Source of the DNA: a virus | IMG/VR virus record: IMGVR_UViG_3300045988_143098 | DNA: 59,008 bases | Reading direction: 5' to 3' (one strand) | Part shown: piece by piece, positions 24,459 to 30,755 of the stretch | Position numbering within the stretch: the stretch's first letter is position 1 | Layout of the letters: each line of letters begins with the position of its first letter | Notes under the pieces: generated by a model | The model's input: only the letters and a program-made list of their open reading frames with translations | What the model was told of the DNA's origin: nothing | Databases searched by the model: none | Translations under genes and position numbers: made by a program

Positions 24459-24908
24459 ATGACAACCTGCGAATTCGATGAGGCGATTAAAAAGGAGATG
24501 CGTAAAGTGAAAAGTGTAGATTGCATGAGCGAATACCAAGAGGAAGCTCTCCGAACTGCAAACAAGATGAGCACGATTTTTCTGATGCAGTATGTCATCA
24601 ACGATTGCGAGGAAAATCCGGATTCTGATAAGGTTGCATGGATGCTTGAAGGTGCGCTTGGTCTGTCCGGCGAGGTTGGCGAAGTGGTTGATATTTTGAA
24701 GAAGAGTATCTTTCAGGGGCATCCCCTTGATACGAGGAAGGTTGCCCTTGAACTCGGCGATGTGATGTGGTACTTGACATTGTTGACACACTCTATCGGC
24801 TATAATCTTAATGAGGTGACTAAGATAAACATTGAAAAGTTGAAGAATAGATATCCTAATGGGTTTAGCACAACAGACAGCCTGAATCGGAAAGAAGGTG
24901 AGTATTAA
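24459..24908 (+). CDS. mazG: MazG-like nucleoside triphosphate pyrophosphohydrolase
   Basis: EYQEEALRTA...LGLSGEVGEVVDILKK...ALELGDVMWYLTLL...NIEKLKNRYPNGF; ATG 24459 is 9 nt after GGGAGGA. Confidence 0.85.
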   Translation: MTTCEFDEAIKKEMRKVKSVDCMSEYQEEALRTANKMSTIFLMQYVINDCEENPDSDKVAWMLEGALGLSGEVGEVVDILKKSIFQGHPLDTRKVALELGDVMWYLTLLTHSIGYNLNEVTKINIEKLKNRYPNGFSTTDSLNRKEGEY

Positions 24909-24909
24909 G

Positions 24910-25122
24910 ATGCGCGCTGGCATTAAGGGAATTCTTTTTCTGTCTTTCTGTCCGATTGTTCTGCTTATTGCTTCCCTGTTTGTCGAGGCGGTTGCACTGC
25001 GTACAGTTGTTGCCGCATATGCTTGGGCACGCCTGTTGATTCTCCCGTTGATTGCAGTGGTTCTTGCAGGTGCTGCTGAACCTGAGAAACGACGAAAACG
25101 AGAAGAGCAATCTGAAAAATGA
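24910..25122 (+). CDS. small multi-TM membrane protein (70 aa)
   Basis: GILFLSFCPIVLLIASLFV and LLILPLIAVVLAGAA helices. Confidence 0.65.
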   Translation: MRAGIKGILFLSFCPIVLLIASLFVEAVALRTVVAAYAWARLLILPLIAVVLAGAAEPEKRRKREEQSEK

Positions 25123-25130
25123 ATAAAGTT

Positions 25131-25414
25131 CTGCCCACTTTTGAATGCGATGAAAGTGGGCAGAACGTTTTCTGAGGGTAAAAGTAACCAAACTGCCATG
25201 ATATTTTGAACGAAAATGGCAAGCTATAGCTTATTTTTTGCCCACTTGCCCACTTTGTGCCCACTTTTGAAAATAAAAGTGGGCAGCCGCAAAGCCTTGA
25301 TTTTACTGGGTTTGCGGGTTTTCTGCCCACTTTCCCACTTTTATTTCTATTTAATTGCGATAAAAAAATATAGAAATTATATAGAATAGAGAAAAAAAGT
25401 GGGCAAGTGGGCAC
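25131..25414. repeat. Iteron/dyad array: 10 copies of GCCCACTT (6 forward, 4 reverse) around an AT-rich core; candidate replication origin or operator region
   Basis: Forward copies 25133, 25240, 25248, 25259, 25325, 25333 (TCCCACTT). Reverse copies 25154, 25277, 25397, 25405. AT-rich 25341-25396. No credible ORF. Confidence 0.7.
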
Positions 25415-25448
25415 GGACTCAGAAATTCAATTTTTCCCAGAAAGAACA

Positions 25449-25477
25449 TTGAAAAAGAGCCCCCTTCGTGGTATACT
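25449..25477 (+). promoter_or_regulatory. canonical sigma-A/sigma-70 type promoter with extended -10
   Basis: TTGAAA - 17 nt - TATACT with TG at -15/-14 (cgTGgTATACT), 40 nt upstream of ATG 25517. Confidence 0.75.
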
Positions 25478-25516
25478 GACAGTCGGTTTCAATGGGCACG
25501 AGAGGAGGAGTTTTCA

Positions 25517-25957
25517 ATGGACGGTAAAGATTTTTTCGATGACTACGGCAAGTATTATCCTGACGAAGATGCACCCGTTTATGACCCGAACGACATCTGC
25601 GATTTTCGGGAGGAGCAGGAGGAATACGAATACGACACAACGGACGTTTGCGGAAGACCTGTTCATGTATATGTTGATAGGTTTGGGGAGCATCATGATA
25701 GTGTCGATTTTGATTCAGAAGCACATAAGAGGTTGTATAGAAAGACCGGGAAACAATTTTGTGGTCTTTGCAAATCCGGTGCCGAAATGAAATATATACA
25801 GGTCAATCCTAAGCGAAAGTCAAAATTCTACGATTATTGGGAATGCCCTGAATGTCATTTCGCAGTTTTGGCAGAAGATGTCGTAAATGGTGATTACAAT
25901 TTCCCCACTCCTGAGTCTGTTAAAGACCCTTGGAACGAATTTTTTAGAATTTTTTAA
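25517..25957 (+). CDS. acidic protein with C-terminal CxxC...CxxC zinc ribbon
   Basis: 146 aa; GAGGAGG SD; CGLCKSG...CPECH. Confidence 0.7.
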   Translation: MDGKDFFDDYGKYYPDEDAPVYDPNDICDFREEQEEYEYDTTDVCGRPVHVYVDRFGEHHDSVDFDSEAHKRLYRKTGKQFCGLCKSGAEMKYIQVNPKRKSKFYDYWECPECHFAVLAEDVVNGDYNFPTPESVKDPWNEFFRIF

Positions 25958-25991
25958 CAGATATTTATTAACACTTAGTGGAGGTAACAGT

Positions 25992-26420
25992 ATGAAAAAG
26001 ATACTCTCAGTCATCTTGGCTATCGGTTTAGCATCTGCTCCCGTTGTTGCTGAAAGCCCCACGGTCGATTTGAGTGCCATGACACTCGATGAACTGGTAG
26101 AGCTGCGAGACCGCGTGAACTTTGAGATTGACTCTCGAATTTGTGTGAGCGATTCGACTATCGGTCGAGGGATTTATACTGTCGGTGTATCCATTGCCCC
26201 CGGTGTATACGAATTCACGGCAACTGAAGTGGAAATGGGTGCGGGCAGCGAGTGTCGTATCTACGTCTATGGGGCTGACGATAAAGAGAATCCTAAGATA
26301 GGGATTTATGACATTCCAGTCGGTTCTCCATCCGTTATCGAACTGATTGATGGCGATACACTTGAAATAAGAGGCGGCAGTGGATTTTTGAAGAGAGCCG
26401 ATAAAAGTTGGATGCCTTAA
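25992..26420 (+). CDS. secreted protein with signal peptide (moron-like)
   Basis: MKKILSVILAIGLASAPVVAES signal-like N-terminus; strong terminator follows. Confidence 0.75.
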   Translation: MKKILSVILAIGLASAPVVAESPTVDLSAMTLDELVELRDRVNFEIDSRICVSDSTIGRGIYTVGVSIAPGVYEFTATEVEMGAGSECRIYVYGADDKENPKIGIYDIPVGSPSVIELIDGDTLEIRGGSGFLKRADKSWMP

Positions 26421-26436
26421 CGATAGCATATCATCA

Positions 26437-26473
26437 AGAGTAGCTGTAAAATACAGCTACTCTTCTTTTTTTC
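26437..26473 (+). terminator. strong intrinsic terminator
   Basis: GAGTAGCTGT-AAAA-(T)ACAGCTACTC then TTCTTTTTTT. Confidence 0.9.
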
Positions 26474-26476
26474 AAG

Positions 26477-26499
26477 TCGAAAATCGCAAGTCCTCTTAT
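26477..26499 (+). promoter_or_regulatory. Promoter-like motif copy I (TCGAAA-N11-TCTTAT) in front of the nuclease/RNA-polymerase operon
   Basis: AGTCGAAAATCGCAAGTCCTCTTATGAGGAG. Confidence 0.55.
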
Positions 26500-26506
26500 G
26501 AGGAGA

Positions 26507-26542
26507 AAGAGAATGTGTAAAAATCGCATTCTCTTTATTTTT
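26507..26542 (+). terminator. leader hairpin + T run (attenuator candidate) or second tandem promoter copy
   Basis: AAGAGAATG-loop-CATTCTCTT then TATTTTT, between promoter copy I and ATG 26562; the loop repeats the promoter core AAAATCGCA. Confidence 0.45.
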
Positions 26543-26561
26543 ATGCAAAGGAAATATTATT

Positions 26562-26888
26562 ATGGCATTACTTGAGCGCGATTTCCAAGCAACTATCGTT
26601 CGCGAACTGCAATCTCGCTTTCCCGGATGTATCGTTTGCAAGATGGATGCGAATTACAAGCAAGGATTTCCTGATATTTTGGTGCTGTATCGTGACAAGT
26701 GGGCTCTTCTCGAATTGAAGCGTTCTGGTAGCGCTCGACATCAGCCAAATCAAGATTACTATGTGAACTTGCTTAACGAAATGTCTTATGCCAACTTTAT
26801 ATTTCCAGAAAATAAGGAGAGTGTATTTGATGACTTACAACGAACATTCAAAATTGGCAGGCACTCATGCTTTGTTGAGCGCGAGTAA
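26562..26888 (+). CDS. VRR-NUC / PD-(D/E)xK-type nuclease
   Basis: GFPDILVLYRDKWALLELKR = PD...E-x-K core. Confidence 0.65.
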   Translation: MALLERDFQATIVRELQSRFPGCIVCKMDANYKQGFPDILVLYRDKWALLELKRSGSARHQPNQDYYVNLLNEMSYANFIFPENKESVFDDLQRTFKIGRHSCFVERE

Positions 26889-27456
26889 ATACTACTGGCT
26901 GAACTATTCTGACGAAGATATTCAGCGCGCCTACATTAGCAGCTACAGTCAGCGGATAGGAACTCTAATTCACGAACTCGCCGCATCTCTGATTAAGCAT
27001 AGAATCCGGGTCAACAAAACGGATAAACATTTACTTCTTCATCATCTTCTCGCAAATGATGTTCCAGAGTGCGCGTTTAATGTTGACCAATATTTTCAGA
27101 ACTTTGCTTCCTACGTTAATGATGCAATTCAGTACGATATGACACCAGAAGTGACGCTGGTCTACTCAGCATCGTGCTATGGGACAGCAGATGCTATTGC
27201 TTTTGATGGCTCAAAGTTGCGCATCCATGACCTGAAGACCGGCATTACGCAGGCTCACATGGAGCAGCTTCTAATTTATGCAGCGCTGTTCTGCTTGGAA
27301 TACGATATTGACCCTGAAGAGACACATGTCGAGTTGCGTCTTTACCAGTCCAATGACGTCACCGTCGAACTACCTAAAGTAGATGACGTTGTTCTTGTGA
27401 TGGAAAAAATCACCCACGCCTCTGAAATCGTTGATGGAATAAAGGAGAGTAGATGA
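26830..27456 (+). CDS. RecB/Cas4-like PD-(D/E)xK exonuclease (DUF2800-like)
   Basis: THALLSASKYYW N-terminus; ADAIAFDGSKLRIHDLKTG...QLLIYA core; ATG 26830 after AAGGAGAG. Confidence 0.6.
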   Translation: MTYNEHSKLAGTHALLSASKYYWLNYSDEDIQRAYISSYSQRIGTLIHELAASLIKHRIRVNKTDKHLLLHHLLANDVPECAFNVDQYFQNFASYVNDAIQYDMTPEVTLVYSASCYGTADAIAFDGSKLRIHDLKTGITQAHMEQLLIYAALFCLEYDIDPEETHVELRLYQSNDVTVELPKVDDVVLVMEKITHASEIVDGIKESR

Positions 27457-27457
27457 T

Positions 27458-30247
27458 ATGAACCGTGTTAAGAATGATATTTTGATGCACTACGGACGGA
27501 GTGTCGACGACGGTGCTCCCGGTCCGGGTTCTGGTCGTTATCCAAAGGGTTCGGGAGAAGACCCAAATCAACATAGCATCAATTTCGCAGAGCGTGTTCA
27601 AGAACTGAAAAAAAGCGGCATGGACGAAAAAGACATTGCGAAAGCAGTCGGATGTAAAAGCACAACTGAACTTCGGTCTCTGTATAAAATCTCCATCAAT
27701 GATAAGCGTTCTCGACTTGTGGACCGTGCGATGGCACTGAAGGCAGATGGTAAAACTCGTTCGGAAATAGCAAGACTGATGGGCGTTGCCCCTTCTACAG
27801 TTGATTCCTATCTGAATGCTGATGCAGCAGCTCGTTCTGATAAAGCTAAAGTTGTTGCTGAATACATCAAGAAACAAGTCGATGAAAAGGGAATGGTTGA
27901 CGTCGGAAAAGGTACAGAAATATATTTGGGGATTTCTGAACCGAAATTGGGGGAAGCGCTCCAGCGTTTGAAGCTGGAAGGTTATATCATAGAAAAGCGC
28001 AGCGTCCCTCAGGGAGGCGTTGATAGTGCACATTCTACTACGATGCTAATAGCCTGCCGCCCTGACGATTACGACAAAACGAAAAAATACAATGACCCGA
28101 CCGCAATCAAAACCCTTGATATTGTTAGAGTTCGAGAGGACGAAAACGGGAATGACTTTATCACAAAGCCTTTTGAGTATCCGGCATCTATGGATTCCAG
28201 CCGTTTAGCGATTCGGTATGCCGAGGATGGTGGTAAAGAGAAAGACGGTGTTGTGGAAATTCGGCGTGGTCTTAAAGACCTAAATCTCGGCAATTCCAAT
28301 TATGCACAAGTCCGTATTCTCGTGGACGGAAATAGGTATATTAAAGGCATGTGCATGTACAGCGATGACCTGCCTGATGGAGTAGATTGTTTATTCAACA
28401 CGAATAAGTCGAAGGACGTCCCGAAACTTGAAGTATTGAAAGCAATCAAAAATGACCCAACTAATCCTTTTGGTGCGAATCTTCGTGAAGAGGGTGGGCA
28501 ATCCTACTACACGGGCGACGATGGGAAGCAACATCTCAACTTGATCAATAAAACAAGGGTTGAAGGCGACTGGGGTGCTTGGGAAGATAGCCTTAGTTCC
28601 CAATTCTTAAGTAAGCAACCCGTCAAGTTAATTAAACAGCAGCTCGATGCCGCTTTGGAAAATAAAAAGCAAGAATATAATGATATTCTTGCTCTTGAAT
28701 GTATTCCTGTCAAGCGAGCTCTACTCGAAGAATTCGCTGACTCGTGCTCTTCGGATTCCGTCGAACTCAAAGGTGCTGCTCTTCCGAGACAAAGATGGAA
28801 CGTAATATTGCCAGTGCCAACTCTAACCGATAACGAAGTGTACGCTCCGAATTTCAAGGATGGGGAAACTCTGGCTTTAATTCGATACCCTCACGCAGGA
28901 CAGTTTGAAATCGTTATTGCCAAGAATAACACAAAGCACTCTGATGGCGCACGATTGATTGGGAAAACCCCTGCTGATGCCATCGGAATTAGTCCCCATT
29001 CCGCCGAGAAACTATCTGGTGCTGACTTTGACGGCGATACTGTACTTGTAATCCCCTGTAATTCGCCAGACAACAAAGTGAAAATTCACGCAAAAGACTC
29101 TCTTCGTGGTCTTGAAGGATTCGACCCTAAGATGGAATACCCTGAGAGACCCGGCATGAAATACATGAAGCGCACTGAAATTGTTCGTGTAAAACAGAAG
29201 GATGGTTCTTATCGTGAATTTGAGAAGGAGATTAATCATACTGGCAAAGAAATGGGCATGATTTCCAATCTGATTACCGATATGACATTGAAGGGTGCCT
29301 CCGATGATGAATTAGCACGCGCAGTTAGACATAGCATGGTGGTAATTGACGCAGCAAAGCACAAGTTGGACTATGAACGGTCATTTCGAGACAACAGAAT
29401 TGCTGAGCTGAAGAAAAAATACCAAGGTCATTATACTGAAGACGGACGTTATAGCGAAGGTGCATCCACTTTGATTTCGAGGGCAAGTGCCGAAGCAACC
29501 ATACGAAAGCGAAAAGGAGCGCCGAAGACGGACCCCGAGACTGGCGACCAGATTTATAAGACTGACGATGAGTTTTATTACGACAAAAAGGGCAATAAAC
29601 ACTATCGTCAGGAAAAAACAACCCAAATGCAGACTGTCAAGGATGCCCATGCACTATCTACCGGACGGCAGGTAGAAGAGATATATGCCAACTATGCTAA
29701 TGCGTTGAAAGATATGGAACGTACAGCACGTTTGGAATTACTACATCCAATGAAATTGTGGCATGATAGTCAAGCTAAAAAAGAATATTCTGACGAAGTT
29801 CAATCACTTAAACGAAAACTAAACGATGCAAAAATGAATGCCCCGATTGAACGTCAGGCACAGCTTGCGGCCGCTGCAGTTGTAAAGGGTGCAGAATTAG
29901 ATAATCCGTTTATGTCCAAAGCTGAGAAAAAGAAGATGGGACAGAGAGCATTGAGTGCCGCTCGTCGTCGACTTGGCGCGCATCGTAGGCAGATTGATAT
30001 TACTGATAGAGAGTGGGAAGCCATCCAACGAGGTGCTATCAGTGACAATACGTTTCAAGAAATTTATAGGTTCTGCAATAAAGATGATGTTCGAGAACGT
30101 TCGACTCCTAAATCTCGCCGTATTTTGACGACAGCGCAGGAAGCCAAGATTCGCTCGATGAAGAACAGTGGTAAAACTACAGCCCAGATTGCTGATGCTC
30201 TTGGAGTTTCTGTCTCGACGGTCTCGAAAGTCATCAGCGGAAACTAA
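27458..30247 (+). CDS. single-polypeptide two-barrel RNA polymerase (YonO / cellular-RdRP-like) with N- and C-terminal HTH modules
   Basis: 929 aa. aa 280-322 SNYAQVRILVDGNRYIKGM...DLPDG...TNKSK. aa 472-531 LALIRYPH...AIGISPHSAEKLSGADFDGDTVLVIP (DFDGD = nt 29024-29038). aa 600-636 GMISNLITD...LARAVRHSMVVIDAAKHK. HTHs at aa 96-120 and 905-927. Confidence 0.7.
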   Translation: MNRVKNDILMHYGRSVDDGAPGPGSGRYPKGSGEDPNQHSINFAERVQELKKSGMDEKDIAKAVGCKSTTELRSLYKISINDKRSRLVDRAMALKADGKTRSEIARLMGVAPSTVDSYLNADAAARSDKAKVVAEYIKKQVDEKGMVDVGKGTEIYLGISEPKLGEALQRLKLEGYIIEKRSVPQGGVDSAHSTTMLIACRPDDYDKTKKYNDPTAIKTLDIVRVREDENGNDFITKPFEYPASMDSSRLAIRYAEDGGKEKDGVVEIRRGLKDLNLGNSNYAQVRILVDGNRYIKGMCMYSDDLPDGVDCLFNTNKSKDVPKLEVLKAIKNDPTNPFGANLREEGGQSYYTGDDGKQHLNLINKTRVEGDWGAWEDSLSSQFLSKQPVKLIKQQLDAALENKKQEYNDILALECIPVKRALLEEFADSCSSDSVELKGAALPRQRWNVILPVPTLTDNEVYAPNFKDGETLALIRYPHAGQFEIVIAKNNTKHSDGARLIGKTPADAIGISPHSAEKLSGADFDGDTVLVIPCNSPDNKVKIHAKDSLRGLEGFDPKMEYPERPGMKYMKRTEIVRVKQKDGSYREFEKEINHTGKEMGMISNLITDMTLKGASDDELARAVRHSMVVIDAAKHKLDYERSFRDNRIAELKKKYQGHYTEDGRYSEGASTLISRASAEATIRKRKGAPKTDPETGDQIYKTDDEFYYDKKGNKHYRQEKTTQMQTVKDAHALSTGRQVEEIYANYANALKDMERTARLELLHPMKLWHDSQAKKEYSDEVQSLKRKLNDAKMNAPIERQAQLAAAAVVKGAELDNPFMSKAEKKKMGQRALSAARRRLGAHRRQIDITDREWEAIQRGAISDNTFQEIYRFCNKDDVRERSTPKSRRILTTAQEAKIRSMKNSGKTTAQIADALGVSVSTVSKVISGN

Positions 30248-30271
30248 TCCATATCGAAAGAAGGAGTAATA

Positions 30272-30520
30272 TTGAGCGGAACTTACGATGTAGCGCTTAC
30301 AACGGTCGATAATCCGTACAATCCGTTCACTCACCCGAACGAATGGTACATGTATGACATGACTCATGGCTATGATACTTGTGGCTACATCGACAGAATC
30401 ACAGTTTTCACGCCACAAATGACTGATGAAGAGGTTGACGAAGAAATTATTCGTGCTATAAACGTCATTCTGAAGAATGACTACGGGGATTTCTACAAAA
30501 AAGTCTACCGTAATGAATAA
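30272..30520 (+). CDS. hypothetical small phage protein (82 aa, TTG start)
   Basis: AAGGAG SD 5 nt before TTG 30272. Confidence 0.6.
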   Translation: MSGTYDVALTTVDNPYNPFTHPNEWYMYDMTHGYDTCGYIDRITVFTPQMTDEEVDEEIIRAINVILKNDYGDFYKKVYRNE

Positions 30521-30528
30521 AAGATACC

Positions 30529-30561
30529 GGGAGGGGGTCTCCGAAAAACACACCCCCTCCC
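30529..30561 (+). other. GC-rich perfect 10-bp hairpin (GGGAGGGGGT / ACCCCCTCCC), followed by the most GC-rich tract in this intergenic region
   Basis: Seen directly; followed by CGCATCGCCCGCC, no T run. Confidence 0.7.
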
Positions 30562-30617
30562 CGCATCGCCCGCCTCTTCAAAAATTCTCCGGGGGAGAGT
30601 TTTCTGGAAACAAAATT

Positions 30618-30737
30618 GGGCGGATTTCGGGCATGGCGGTGAGCTTATGAGATATTTTCAGTGTTCTTTATGCCGATTCTCCTTTCAGCATGTGAAAAAG
30701 TATCTCATAAGTTCACTTCCATGCCCGATTTCTGCCC
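30618..30737 (+). repeat. 120-nt imperfect inverted repeat (43-nt arms, ~33-nt loop) upstream of the packaging module
   Basis: GGGCGGATTTCGGGCATGGCGGTGAGCTTATGAGATATTTT pairs with AAAAGTATCTCATAAGTTCACTTCCATGCCCGATTTCTGCCC; four of the seven non-Watson-Crick positions are G-U on the + strand. Confidence 0.75.
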
Positions 30738-30755
30738 ACGTTCAGGGAGAAACCA

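Noticed and set aside
24378-25414. Minus-strand ORFs 24378..25199 (273 aa), 24865..25191 and 24965..25414 across mazG and the iteron region
   Set aside because: They overlap the well-supported MazG gene or run through the repeat array. Their openness is explained by the repeats and AT-poor antisense codons, and they have no start signals.
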